Source: Candidatus Latescibacterota bacterium (lineage in GTDB: Bacteria; Latescibacterota; UBA2968; UBA8231). From it: 64,000 nucleotides of DNA. Positions 18,159-28,099 of the stretch are shown here, one piece after another. Under the pieces are notes generated by a model. It ran no database searches, was not told where the DNA came from, and saw only the letters and a list, made by a program, of their open reading frames with translations. The stretch spans positions 1 through 64,000 of the forward strand of contig OZ241867.1 of NCBI GenBank assembly GCA_965203175.1, written 5' to 3'. Each line of letters starts with the position of its first letter. Positions within the stretch are counted from its first letter, which is position 1. The position numbers and the translations under genes were made by a program.

Positions 18159-20699
18159 TCACGGTTCACTTCCTCCCCTCTCCGCTTCTCGTCCCCACAC
18201 CCGTCCAATCGCCGCCCGAATCTTCCCCTCCATCCGCTCCACCAACTCCCGATTGGCGGCGACAAGGGACTGCTCGGCTTCGATTTCGGCGACGATGGCT
18301 TGCTGCGTTGCCAGTGCCGGAACGGGTATTTGTATCTTCTCCAAATTTCCTTTTGTGATGTGAACGAGGCCGACTCCACCATGAAGATTCTGTTCAACCT
18401 CGGCGACCGCTCTGTTCAGTGCGTAGAGTAAGTACATTCTCGTTGCCCGAATTTGATCGAATTCGACCTTGAAAATGTGCTGGTTCAGTATGGCCTTTCC
18501 ACCATTCCATATATGCGCTCCAAAAGATGTCCCCCGCGATCCAGACCATGAGAATAGAAGCTGTCCTTGGTTGATAATGTACCGATCTTTTACCTCACCA
18601 GTGTAATAGTTGAACTCACTGTCAGGCGCATTTAGGTTCTGAATTCGTACAATCGGGAGGCCACCACTATCAGCAGGTTTCCAGTCCTGTGGCTTAAACG
18701 CACGTCCATTGATAAGGTTACAAACCTCGCCAATCGCTACCATCGGCCACTCAGGATCAACCACAATCTGCGGCCGATAGTTGTCAATCACCGCCCGCGC
18801 CCCATCTATCACCCGCTGATACCCCTCAATCTCCGCCACAATATCCCGCTGCACTTCCAACGGCGGCAAGGGGATTTTTATAGCCATGACATCCGACTGA
18901 TTGATACTTGGATATGCGCCTTTCCCCATCATACCGACCATTTGTTTGACCACATAATCCGAAAATAGGGACGCTAAAATAAAAGCAGGCTCCACTTGGG
19001 TACAATCCGCCCGTAGAACAGCAAAGCCAGTGGAAGCGATCGCACGGGTTCGTACCTTTTCGAGAAAGGTGAATGCTTTCAGGTTAGGACGCACAGTTGA
19101 AAGCAAAACATCTCCGCTACGAAGGCCACGTCGCGCTCGACTTGGAGCTTGTGACGATGAGACTTCGCTGTATCCTAAGAAACGACCTGTTTCATTCTCT
19201 ACGGACGATATATCAACGTAAAAGATACTCTCATTTGGATAGGCCAAAACCGGATTGACCGTCTCCGGGTTGATAGCGCAAATATCTTTCAGTTCGACCA
19301 TCGGCCATTCGGAGTTAGTCAAGGTACTAACACGATACCTTTCCCCGCTCAGATTATACTCCCCACCCGCCGCAATCTTCTCCTTCTCAGCAATCAGCCC
19401 AAGCGCAGTTGTGTAATCCACCCCAGGTTCCGCCACACCATCGCTCGTCACCGACTCCCCCGTCCGCAGCCGCCCCAGATACTCCCCAAGCTCCTCCCTC
19501 ACCTTCAGTAAGTCATTCTCCGCAATCTCCCGCCGCTGCGCCCCCAAATCAAACCCATCATTCTCCACCTTAAAAAAGGCAACGCGATCCGTCTTTTGCG
19601 CCAGCGCCTTATCCAGCAGCAGAATGGACGTCTTAACCCCCGAATAAGGCTGAAACACACCCGCCGGCAGCGAAATGACAGCCACCAGATAATTCTCCAC
19701 CAGCATCTTGCGTAGCTGCTTATGGGCAGTCTGGTTCTGAAAGATAATGCCCTCCGGCACAATGATACCGGCGCGCCCCGTAGGCGTCAGATGCTCGGCT
19801 ATATAATCGACGAACAGCACTTCGCTGCGTTTGGATTGCACTGAAAAACGGCGATGCGGACGAATGCCGCCCTTCGGCGACATAAACGGCGGATTGGCCA
19901 AAATCACATCGGCATACTCATTCCAGCGCTCCTCGCTAGTCAGCGTATCGTACTCGGCAATATGCGGCTCGACAAAGCCGTGCAGATACAGATTCACCAG
20001 CGACAGCCGCACCATATCGGGCGAAATGTCATAGCCCTCGAAATTGTCCGCGAGTTTTCCTTTTTCATCCGGCGTCAGCGCACTGTTTCCCTCGTCGTCG
20101 GTATTGGCTTTGAGAATGTGCTTGTACGACGAAATCAAGAACCCAGCAGTGCCGCAGGCCGGATCAAGCACAGTCTCGTCTTTCTTCGGGTCAATAACAG
20201 AGACAATGAAGTCGATGATATGGCGCGGAGTGCGGAACTGCCCGGCGTCCCCCTGCGATCCGAGGACCGAGAGCAGATATTCAAACGCATCGCCAAGCCG
20301 CTCGCTGTGATCGTACGTAAACTCGTCGATAACCTTGAGAAAAGCGCGCAAAGTCTCCGGGTCGCGGTAGGGCAAATAGGCGTTGTTGAAGATGTCGCGG
20401 AACAGCGGCGGAATGCCCGGATTTTCCGGCATCCGGGTGATCGCCTCGGCGTACAGATTCAAAGTCTCGTGGCCGCCCAAGCCAGCGCGCACCAATTGAG
20501 GCCAGCCATAGCGGGCAAAGTCACCGGCAAAAAACGTGCGCTGCCCGCCCAACTCCTCGCTCTCGGCGTCAATGTCGTCCATAAACTTGTAGATGAGCGC
20601 AATAGTAATCTGCTCTACTTGGCTCTTCGGATCGGGCACTTTGCCGACGAGGATGTCGCGAGCCGTGTCAATGCGGCGTTTGGTAGCGGTGTCAAGCAT
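18159..20699 (-). CDS. Type I R-M methyltransferase fused to specificity subunit (HsdM-HsdS)
   Basis: GQFRTPR, DPACGTAGF, NPPF, then two TRDs with IPLPPLEVQRDIVAEIE / IPVPALATQQAIVAEIE in one frame. Confidence 0.92.
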   Translation of the reverse strand: MLDTATKRRIDTARDILVGKVPDPKSQVEQITIALIYKFMDDIDAESEELGGQRTFFAGDFARYGWPQLVRAGLGGHETLNLYAEAITRMPENPGIPPLFRDIFNNAYLPYRDPETLRAFLKVIDEFTYDHSERLGDAFEYLLSVLGSQGDAGQFRTPRHIIDFIVSVIDPKKDETVLDPACGTAGFLISSYKHILKANTDDEGNSALTPDEKGKLADNFEGYDISPDMVRLSLVNLYLHGFVEPHIAEYDTLTSEERWNEYADVILANPPFMSPKGGIRPHRRFSVQSKRSEVLFVDYIAEHLTPTGRAGIIVPEGIIFQNQTAHKQLRKMLVENYLVAVISLPAGVFQPYSGVKTSILLLDKALAQKTDRVAFFKVENDGFDLGAQRREIAENDLLKVREELGEYLGRLRTGESVTSDGVAEPGVDYTTALGLIAEKEKIAAGGEYNLSGERYRVSTLTNSEWPMVELKDICAINPETVNPVLAYPNESIFYVDISSVENETGRFLGYSEVSSSQAPSRARRGLRSGDVLLSTVRPNLKAFTFLEKVRTRAIASTGFAVLRADCTQVEPAFILASLFSDYVVKQMVGMMGKGAYPSINQSDVMAIKIPLPPLEVQRDIVAEIEGYQRVIDGARAVIDNYRPQIVVDPEWPMVAIGEVCNLINGRAFKPQDWKPADSGGLPIVRIQNLNAPDSEFNYYTGEVKDRYIINQGQLLFSWSGSRGTSFGAHIWNGGKAILNQHIFKVEFDQIRATRMYLLYALNRAVAEVEQNLHGGVGLVHITKGNLEKIQIPVPALATQQAIVAEIEAEQSLVAANRELVERMEGKIRAAIGRVWGREAERGGSEP

Positions 20700-20700
20700 A

Positions 20701-21591
20701 TTAGCTCCGGTAAACGAACCCCTCTCCAATCTTCCACACCCCCTTCTCCCGAAAAGCGGGAATAGTCTGGCGACGGGCGGCGTTGGTAACAGCAGGTGCC
20801 GAGAACCCATGTTGCTTGATATAATCCGACAGCCGGATAATGGCCTCCCCCTGCAAATAGCTCAGCCTCTTGTGCAGCGACTCCACGAGCGCCAACGCCA
20901 GAATATCTTCCATCGTCCTAGTCGTTTGGCGGCCCCCATAGTCCCTGAACGCCTGATAGTACCGCTCCTTCTCCGAGTTGCGAATAATAAGGCGCGGCAG
21001 TCCGAGCTGGATAAGTTGAAAATTGATCAGAACCCGCCCCAAGCGGCCATTGCCATCGCAAAAGGGATGGATGGTCTCAAAATCCAAGTGAAATCGGGCA
21101 ATTTTATCGAGGAAGTAGGAGCCGAGATCGCTGGAATACTCGACGAGGATGTCATCTATCATGCGCTCGACATGCTCAGGTGCCGGCGCAATATGAGTCC
21201 CCACCCGCACGTATTCCCCCTGCTCGCGAAAGCGTCCGGCGATGGCATCGTTAATGCCGCCGATGAGCATCTGATGCAAGAATAGTATCAGGTCTTTGCT
21301 CAGCTCGCTGTCTTTAGCTTTGGTGCGTTTGTATTCTGTGACGCGGGCTAGATTTTTCGCCTCGAAGACTTCCCGCACAGACACATTGCGGGACAACATC
21401 TGCTCCAACAGGATTCGCTCTGTCTCCTCAAGAGTGAGCGTTGAATTCTCAATAGCGTTCGAGTTATACACACTCTCGGGGACCTCCACTTCGTCGATCA
21501 TCGACAGCAGCGATTCCTTGCCTTGGCGCAAGGTATCGTACGCTCGCTTCAAATCTTGGATGCGGTTTCTTATCAGCTCTGTAGTCGCCAT
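20701..21591 (-). CDS. Fic family protein with N-terminal inhibitory helix and C-terminal HTH-like domain
   Basis: HPFCDGNGRLGR catalytic motif, SNAIEN inhibitory motif, C-terminal LSDY...AVTNAARRQTIPAFREKGVWKI (alternative start 21609). Confidence 0.9.
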   Translation of the reverse strand: MATTELIRNRIQDLKRAYDTLRQGKESLLSMIDEVEVPESVYNSNAIENSTLTLEETERILLEQMLSRNVSVREVFEAKNLARVTEYKRTKAKDSELSKDLILFLHQMLIGGINDAIAGRFREQGEYVRVGTHIAPAPEHVERMIDDILVEYSSDLGSYFLDKIARFHLDFETIHPFCDGNGRLGRVLINFQLIQLGLPRLIIRNSEKERYYQAFRDYGGRQTTRTMEDILALALVESLHKRLSYLQGEAIIRLSDYIKQHGFSAPAVTNAARRQTIPAFREKGVWKIGEGFVYRS

Positions 21592-21606
21592 ATCATTATT
21601 GTATCT

Positions 21607-21791
21607 CATTCACGGTATATTGGCAAATTCCCGTGAATGAACTGAGAAAATGGATTCCATTCACGGCTTTTTAGATAAATTTCGTGAATGAATCAGCAAA
21701 ATGGATGCTATTCACGGTATATTGGCAAATTCCCGTGAATGAACCGAAAAAATGGGTCCCATTCACTGTTTTTTCGGATAAATACGTGAAT
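21607..21791. repeat. Four 51-bp tandem units, each with an ATTCAC(GG)...(C)CGTGAAT inverted repeat
   Basis: Units start at 21607, 21658, 21709 and 21760; units 1/3 and 2/4 are most alike. Confidence 0.9.
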
Positions 21792-21802
21792 TGCGGGGCT
21801 TC

Positions 21803-24340
21803 CTAAGCGACGAACTGGTTTAGAGACACGTAATCCTTGACATACTCGGGAACGAGCCTGCGGTATGACTCCGGCACTGTGCGAAAGTCGCTGGAAGAAA
21901 AGGCCGGATTGGTCGCCAATTCGGCGAAACGCCGATTCTCAATGATGTCTCGGGTCTGCCCGCTGGTCAGGTACGCCTTGAAGTACGCCCTGATCGCCGT
22001 GATGGACTCAGCCTCGTCGGGCTTGTGATCAGCGACGAATTTGGCAAACTCCTCTTCGAGCAACTCGTCCCTCGACTTAAAACGCGGAATGAGATCAAAA
22101 ACCTTCTCCAATATCTCGCGCAAGGTTACGCGACGATCCACCGCAGCGGCTTGGCGCAGCTTGGCGAGGGAGTAGTACTCCTCGGGCTTGTCGAAAACTT
22201 CCCGATTCACATAGGCGATGGCGCGATCCCATTGGCCCGCCTCGATAGCTTGGGCAATGACGTCGTTCTCGCGCACCTCGTCGGCAAAACGGTCGAAGAA
22301 CATCCGGTCAATCCTCATCCCCTCGGAACCGATCTGCTCTTGCTCGATCGTCGAGAGGAAGTCGTCTCCCAAGTGCTCGTACGTGTCGGCATATACAACC
22401 GGCCTCGGGTCGTCCCTGTCCCTATCTCTCTTATCTCTCAGCCGAGGCAATTCCAATATCTCGTCGTAGTTGAACTCATTCTCGAAGTATTGGCAGTTGC
22501 CAAAGAAGTCGAACAGCTTGAACGTCGTCTTCTCCGTGTCAGCGACAACGTCTGCGGGGCGGTGCCCTATCATCTGACCGAGGAAATTGTGCTTTCTGGT
22601 GCCGCGCCCCTTGATCTGAACGAAATCCGTCGGCGAGAATATCGGCCTGAACAGGCCCAAGTTGAGAATGTCGGTGCAGTCGTAGCCAGTAGTCATCATG
22701 CCGACGGTCACGCATACCCGCGCCTTACTCGTCCGGTACTCGCGCATGAAGTTGCTGGACCCCGAGAGGTTATTGTTGGCAAAGTTGACCGTGAATTGCT
22801 GGGCATCCATCACATGCGACGTAACCTGAACCGCGAAGTCCGACTGGTACTTGCCCGGAAACATGCGGTCGGCAATTTCATTGAAGACCTGCGTTAGCTT
22901 GGCCGCATGTTCTTGACTCACTGCGAAGACGATGGACTTCCCAATCTCCCCGCTGATCGGGTCGCGGAGCGCATTCTCCAAAAAGGTCCGGCAGAAGACC
23001 GCGTTGGTAGCTTCCGAGAAAAACTCCCGCTCAAAATCGCGCTTTTTGAACGCCTCCTCCTGCTGCTCGCCTTCATCATCGGTAAAAGACACCACAAAGC
23101 CCTCGTCAGCGAGAAGCTGGGTAGTCACCTCCGTCCGTGCGTCAACGACCCGAGGGTTGATCAGATACCCATCGCGCACCCCGTCGAGTAACGAGTAGCG
23201 GAACGTCGGCTCGCCACTCTCGCAGCCGAAGGTGCGGTAGGTGTCGAGCAACAACCGGCGCTCCACCTCGCGCGGATCGCGCACATGCGGGCCGCTCGCC
23301 TGAGTACCTCTAAGGTAGTCGCGGGGCGTCGCGGTCAGCCCCAGCTTGTAACCGACGAAGTAATCGAACACCGCGCGGGCGTTGCCGCTGATAGACCGGT
23401 GCGCCTCATCCGAAATCACCAAATCGAAGTCCGTGGGCGAAAACAGCGACTGGTACTTGTTGTTGAACAGCAGCGACTGAACAGTCGTGACCACAATGTG
23501 CGCCCGACGCCAGTCGTCGCGTTTCTCCTTGTAGATGACCGTGTCGAAGTCGTTCGCCAAGTACGGGACAAACGACTTATTCGCCGCTTGGTCTTCCAAC
23601 TCTAGCCGATCTACCAAGAAGAGGACGCGGCGGGCGTTGCCAGTGCGGAGAAACAGCTTGATAACAGCGGCGGCCACTAGCGTCTTCCCGGTGCCAGTAG
23701 CCATCTCGAACAGGAATCGGTCGCGGCCGTCTCGGACCGTCCGCTGCAAACCGCGGATCGCTCGTAGCTGGTAATCGCGCAAAAAGCGCAGCCCGTGCGT
23801 CTGAATGTATCCGGAACGCTCGTCCTCGTTGCGCCACCCAGCCTCTGCCGCATAGTTGGGCCGCTGCGTGAGGACGATGTAGTCGTCGCCAACCCGTTCA
23901 TCAATCAGGCGCTGCGAATTAGGCTCGACCTGTTTGTACCCTTCCACCGAGTCCGGCGACGGGAACGCCGTGATAATATGCGGATTGCCGCGCTCTAGGT
24001 CCCAGAAGTAGTGCAGATTGCCGTTGGAGAGGATGACGAAGCGGCAGTTCAGCGAGCGGGCATAGCGGCGGGCCTGCTCCTTGCCGACCAGTGGGTTTTT
24101 GTCCTCGGACTTGGCTTCCAACACGATCAACGGAAAACCCCGGTCGTCGATGAGCAGAAAATCGACAAAACCTCGACCGGAACGCTCAAAATCATCGCCT
24201 AAGCTGTCGAGGTCGTCGCGTTTGAGAGCGACATGCGCCTCCAAGCGGATATTGGCCGGTCCATTGTCGTCATCGAAGAATCGCCAACCAGCGTTTTCGA
24301 GCAACTGATCGATTTTATGCCGAGCAGCAGCCTCGCTCAT
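21803..24340 (-). CDS. hsdR: Type I restriction subunit R (EcoAI/EcoEI-like)
   Basis: MSEAAARHKID, VDFLL..LEAK nuclease motif, MATGTGKT, DEAH, GLTATP, QIKGRGTR. Confidence 0.92.
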   Translation of the reverse strand: MSEAAARHKIDQLLENAGWRFFDDDNGPANIRLEAHVALKRDDLDSLGDDFERSGRGFVDFLLIDDRGFPLIVLEAKSEDKNPLVGKEQARRYARSLNCRFVILSNGNLHYFWDLERGNPHIITAFPSPDSVEGYKQVEPNSQRLIDERVGDDYIVLTQRPNYAAEAGWRNEDERSGYIQTHGLRFLRDYQLRAIRGLQRTVRDGRDRFLFEMATGTGKTLVAAAVIKLFLRTGNARRVLFLVDRLELEDQAANKSFVPYLANDFDTVIYKEKRDDWRRAHIVVTTVQSLLFNNKYQSLFSPTDFDLVISDEAHRSISGNARAVFDYFVGYKLGLTATPRDYLRGTQASGPHVRDPREVERRLLLDTYRTFGCESGEPTFRYSLLDGVRDGYLINPRVVDARTEVTTQLLADEGFVVSFTDDEGEQQEEAFKKRDFEREFFSEATNAVFCRTFLENALRDPISGEIGKSIVFAVSQEHAAKLTQVFNEIADRMFPGKYQSDFAVQVTSHVMDAQQFTVNFANNNLSGSSNFMREYRTSKARVCVTVGMMTTGYDCTDILNLGLFRPIFSPTDFVQIKGRGTRKHNFLGQMIGHRPADVVADTEKTTFKLFDFFGNCQYFENEFNYDEILELPRLRDKRDRDRDDPRPVVYADTYEHLGDDFLSTIEQEQIGSEGMRIDRMFFDRFADEVRENDVIAQAIEAGQWDRAIAYVNREVFDKPEEYYSLAKLRQAAAVDRRVTLREILEKVFDLIPRFKSRDELLEEEFAKFVADHKPDEAESITAIRAYFKAYLTSGQTRDIIENRRFAELATNPAFSSSDFRTVPESYRRLVPEYVKDYVSLNQFVA

Positions 24341-25368
24341 CACTCCTCCTCCACCAACACCGGCTCCCGCTCCAACCGAATCCCAAAGGTCTGTTCCACC
24401 GCATCCCGAATCTCACCGGCCAAAGCGAGAACTTCGCGGGTCGTCCCACCGCGATTGACCAAAGCCAGTGCGTGTCGCTCTGAAATGCCAGCGCCGCCCC
24501 TTTGCAGCCCCTTGTGAAATCCCGCCTGCTCGACCAGCCAAGCGGCCGGAACCTTAACGCCAGCCGCATCGGGAAAGCTCGGGACATCGGGATAGCGATC
24601 CTTTAATGCGGCAAAGGCTTCCGCGTCGATGACTGGATTCAAGAAAAAGGAACCGACAGAGCGGGAGTTGGGATCTTGCGGGTCGATGACCATAGACTTG
24701 CTGCGGCGGAGCACCAGCACAGTGTCGCGCACCGTAGCCAAGGTTGGTCGATCGTCATCTACGTGCCGGCGCAGCTCTGGATAGCGGATTTGCGGCTGGC
24801 CGCTAGCATCCAAGCGATACGTCACCGAGGTCACAATAAAACGGTCGCGGTCGGCTCCCTTAAAACGGCTCTGACGATAGGCAAAGCCGCATTCTGCGGG
24901 GGCAAACGTGATTTCCTCCAAAGTCTGCCGGTCGAGCGCCCGCACTTCCACAATGGTGTCTTTTACTTCTTGGCCATACGCGCCCACGTTTTGGATGGGC
25001 GTCGCACCCACCGACCCAGGGATGCCCGACAGACACTCCACACCGGCCAAGCCGCGCTCCACGCAACACTGCACAAATTCATCCCAATCCTCTCCAGCCG
25101 CTACCTCGACAGTCTCGCCATCAAACACCACACCGCTAAGTCCCACTTTGAGCACCAAGCCGCTGTACCCCGCGTCGGCAAAAAGCACGTTGCTGCCGCC
25201 GCCGAGCACTTGCACAGAAAGGCCCTCATCAGCCGCCCACGTCAAGCAGGCGCGCATCTCGTCTAAAGAGGTGCACTCGGCCAAATAGCGCGCGGGGCCA
25301 CCGAGGCCCATGGTGGTGAGCGGAGCGAGTGGGACGTTCTCGCGGAGGATGCAGAACGGCTTTGCCAT
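24340..25368 (-). CDS. murB: UDP-N-acetylenolpyruvoylglucosamine reductase
   Basis: LGGGSNVL, GIPGSVGATPIQNVGAYG, SVGSFFLNP, HALALVN, LEREP. Confidence 0.96.
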   Translation of the reverse strand: MAKPFCILRENVPLAPLTTMGLGGPARYLAECTSLDEMRACLTWAADEGLSVQVLGGGSNVLFADAGYSGLVLKVGLSGVVFDGETVEVAAGEDWDEFVQCCVERGLAGVECLSGIPGSVGATPIQNVGAYGQEVKDTIVEVRALDRQTLEEITFAPAECGFAYRQSRFKGADRDRFIVTSVTYRLDASGQPQIRYPELRRHVDDDRPTLATVRDTVLVLRRSKSMVIDPQDPNSRSVGSFFLNPVIDAEAFAALKDRYPDVPSFPDAAGVKVPAAWLVEQAGFHKGLQRGGAGISERHALALVNRGGTTREVLALAGEIRDAVEQTFGIRLEREPVLVEEE

Positions 25369-25457
25369 GAAGTGACGCCTCGTTTTGCGTGTACTGAGCA
25401 TTTGCGTTGTACTGAATATAGACAGAATATAGGGCGTATAATGCACACCGCCGGAGC

Positions 25458-25934
25458 ATGCGTATGAAAAAGACCCTGTATCTCGCCAGCCCGTATGGAT
25501 TCTCGGCCCAATGGAAGGAGCGGCTCCTGCCCCAGTTCATCTCTGCTTTAGAGGCATTGGGGGCTGAGGTATGGGAGCCTTTTGCCCGCAACAACCAAGT
25601 CGATTTTTCCGCGCCGGGCTGGGCCTACCAAGTCGGCCAAGCTGACTTGCGCGACGTGGTCGAGGCCGACGCGATCTTCGCCATTGTCAACGGCACGCCC
25701 CCAGACGAGGGGGTGATGGTCGAGCTGGGAGCGGCCATTGCCCTCGGCAAGCCGACCTTTCTCTTCCGCGACGACTTTCGCCGCTGCACAGATTCAGAGA
25801 ACTACCCCCTGAACCTAATGCTGTTCACCGGCCTGCCAGAAGACGGCTGGGAAGCCTACTACTACACATCGCTCGCAGAAATTAGCGCGCCCGACAAGGC
25901 TCTAGCGCGCTGGCTGCGAGACGAACGGAACTGA
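25458..25934 (+). CDS. Nucleoside 2-deoxyribosyltransferase family protein
   Basis: YLASPYGFS, PPDEGVMVELG, NLML. Confidence 0.85.
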   Translation: MRMKKTLYLASPYGFSAQWKERLLPQFISALEALGAEVWEPFARNNQVDFSAPGWAYQVGQADLRDVVEADAIFAIVNGTPPDEGVMVELGAAIALGKPTFLFRDDFRRCTDSENYPLNLMLFTGLPEDGWEAYYYTSLAEISAPDKALARWLRDERN

Positions 25935-25937
25935 CCT

Positions 25938-27239
25938 ATGCGCACGACCATTCCCCCCCATCTGCTCCAAGACCCAGAAGTCGAAGCGTCCGAAAAAGTC
26001 TTGCGCGCCTGCGTCCACTGCGGCTTTTGCAATGCCACCTGCCCCACCTACCTGCTCACCGGCAACGAACTCGAAGGGCCGCGCGGCCGCATTTACCTCA
26101 TCAAAAACGTTCTCGAAGAGGACATCCCCCCGAGCCGACAGACGGTAGAGCACATCGACAACTGCCTCGGCTGCCTCGCGTGCGAGACCACCTGCCCGAG
26201 CGGCGTGGATTATTCGCTCCTCTTGGAGACGGCCCGACCGCGACTAGATCAGCTCGTCAAGCGGCCATTGATGGACCGCCTGCTGCGCGCCATGCTGACG
26301 CGGATGCTACCCTACCCCGGCCGCACGCGCTTGGCGCTCAGAATGTCCTGGGCGGGTCGCATGTTCTCCTTCCTGATGCCCCGCGTCATGCGGCCCCTGT
26401 TGGCTCTGGCACCCAAGCGATTGCCGCGACCGGCTGCTGTAGCCCGGCCCGGAGTCGTGCCCGCCGAAGGCACGCGTCGGCTGCGCGTGGCCCTGCTCAC
26501 CGGGTGCGTCCAACAGGTGTTGGGGCCGCAGATCAACGACGCGACCGTGCGGCTGCTGACGCGGTTGGGGGCCGAGGTGGTCATTCCGCCGGATATGGGC
26601 TGTTGCGGCGCGCTGACTTTTCACATGGGCGAGCGCAAGCGCAGCCTCAAGCTAATGCAGCACACCATTGAGGTTTGGCATCGCGAGCTGGAAGCGGGCT
26701 TGGACATGATCGTGCTCAACACGTCGGGGTGCGGCACGGCCATCAAAGAATACGACCACATCTTCCGCCACGACCCACAGTGGGCCGACAAGGCCAAGGC
26801 AGTAGTGGAGCGGGTGCGGGATGTGTCCGAGGTGGTGGCGCAATTGGGGTTGGGCGAGGCCAACCACGCGCCAGATCTGAAGGTGGCGTATCACGACGCC
26901 TGTTCGCTCCAACACGGCCAGCACGTCATCGAACCACCGAGACAACTGCTAAAGGCTGCGGGCTTTGAGGTCGTCGAGGTGCCCGAGGGCCATATCTGCT
27001 GCGGCAGCGCGGGCACGTACAACATGCTGCGCCCCGACTTGGCGCAACAGCTACAAGCGCGCAAAGTAGAACACATTGCCAGCGTTGCGCCGCAGATCGT
27101 GGCGGCGGGCAACATCGGCTGTATGGAACAAATCGCTGCCTGCGCCGAGGTCCCAGTCGTCCACACCGTCGAACTGTTGGATTGGGCGACGGGCGGGCCA
27201 GCGCCGACGGGGGTGCCGTCAGAAGCTGCCGAGCGCTAG
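25938..27239 (+). CDS. glcF: Glycolate oxidase iron-sulfur subunit
   Basis: CVHCGFCNATCP, CLGCLACETTCP, two CCG domains, CCGSAGTYN, VELLDWATGG. Confidence 0.9.
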   Translation: MRTTIPPHLLQDPEVEASEKVLRACVHCGFCNATCPTYLLTGNELEGPRGRIYLIKNVLEEDIPPSRQTVEHIDNCLGCLACETTCPSGVDYSLLLETARPRLDQLVKRPLMDRLLRAMLTRMLPYPGRTRLALRMSWAGRMFSFLMPRVMRPLLALAPKRLPRPAAVARPGVVPAEGTRRLRVALLTGCVQQVLGPQINDATVRLLTRLGAEVVIPPDMGCCGALTFHMGERKRSLKLMQHTIEVWHRELEAGLDMIVLNTSGCGTAIKEYDHIFRHDPQWADKAKAVVERVRDVSEVVAQLGLGEANHAPDLKVAYHDACSLQHGQHVIEPPRQLLKAAGFEVVEVPEGHICCGSAGTYNMLRPDLAQQLQARKVEHIASVAPQIVAAGNIGCMEQIAACAEVPVVHTVELLDWATGGPAPTGVPSEAAER

Positions 27240-27300
27240 ACGACGCTGGGTCGTTTCAATCCATTCTCTGAACTTATCCCCCGTACTGAATACGACTCCA

Positions 27301-27355
27301 TTGACAAGAAGAGGCGTGTACTTTAATATGGTCATATAAAATGACTATATAGTCA
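27301..27355 (+). promoter_or_regulatory. Sigma70 promoter with overlapping palindromic operators of the Phd-VapC module
   Basis: TTGACA (27301), 17-bp spacer, TAATAT (27324); GTCAT-N5-ATGAC (27331-27345) and TGACTATATAGTCA (27342-27355). Confidence 0.7.
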
Positions 27356-27367
27356 GGAGTTGAGACC

Positions 27368-27607
27368 ATGCAGATGTCCATCAGTGAATTCAAAGCCAAA
27401 TGCACCCAAGTCGTGCGCGAAGTCGGCACCAAATACCAAACCGTGGAGTTGACCAACCGCGGCAAGGTCGTCGCGCAAGTCGTCCCCCCTGAGCCAGAGA
27501 CTAAGCCCGACCCCCAATCCTTCTTCGGCTCGCTCCGCGGTACTGTCGCGTACCAGCCCGGTTGGGATGAGCCGCTCGGCGAGGATGATTGGGAAGCCTG
27601 CCAGTGA
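27368..27607 (+). CDS. Phd/YefM family antitoxin
   Basis: MSISEFKAKC....ELTNRGKVVAQVVP; RBS AGGAG. Confidence 0.9.
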   Translation: MQMSISEFKAKCTQVVREVGTKYQTVELTNRGKVVAQVVPPEPETKPDPQSFFGSLRGTVAYQPGWDEPLGEDDWEACQ

Positions 27608-28002
27608 AGTACTTGCTCGACACCCATGCGTGGCTCTGGGCCTTGGAGGCACCGGAAAAACTGCCCGATCCTATAAGGAAGATGCTGCTGGAGCCGGATC
27701 ACCTACCCTTTGGACTAGCGGCGATCAGCCCTTGGGAAGTGGCAAAAAAAGAGGCCAAGGGGCTTTTGCATTTATCTATGCCTGTGCGCCAGTGGGTAGC
27801 GCACGCCACTCAAGCCCCGTTTATAGAGCTTCTCCCCCTTTCGGTGGATATAGCCCTCGAATCGGCGCATTTGCCTAGTCCCTTCCATAAAGATCCGGCC
27901 GATCAAATGATCGTCGCCACAGCGCGGATGCACAGTCTAGTGCTGATCAGTGCCGATCAACGGCTGCTCGCCTATCCACACGTGAAAACAAAGTGGGAAT
28001 AG
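27604..28002 (+). CDS. vapC: VapC PIN-domain toxin
   Basis: YLLDTHAWLW, ISPWE, HKDPADQMIVATA, LISAD; GTGA overlap. Confidence 0.92.
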   Translation: MKYLLDTHAWLWALEAPEKLPDPIRKMLLEPDHLPFGLAAISPWEVAKKEAKGLLHLSMPVRQWVAHATQAPFIELLPLSVDIALESAHLPSPFHKDPADQMIVATARMHSLVLISADQRLLAYPHVKTKWE

Positions 28003-28007
28003 CAAAT

Positions 28008-28099
28008 CAATCTATTCGACAAACTTTTGCTTGAGTGCTCCCCAACTCACGGCGGATATCGCGTGGCCGGACTGGATATTTCGGTGAGGCGGATGATTT
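28008..28099 (-). repeat. Diverged copy of the 3' end of gene 30789-31679 (matches 30785-30877)
   Basis: About 80-85% identical by manual alignment, with a 1-nt deletion; encodes IIRLTEISSPAT/AISAVSWGALKQKFVE*. Confidence 0.85.

Noticed and set aside
21607-21791. CRISPR array
   Set aside because: Inter-repeat segments are similar to each other rather than unique spacers; no cas genes
25932-25940. TGA of the NDT gene in frame with glcF
   Set aside because: Both proteins are complete with normal termini; ordinary tight spacing
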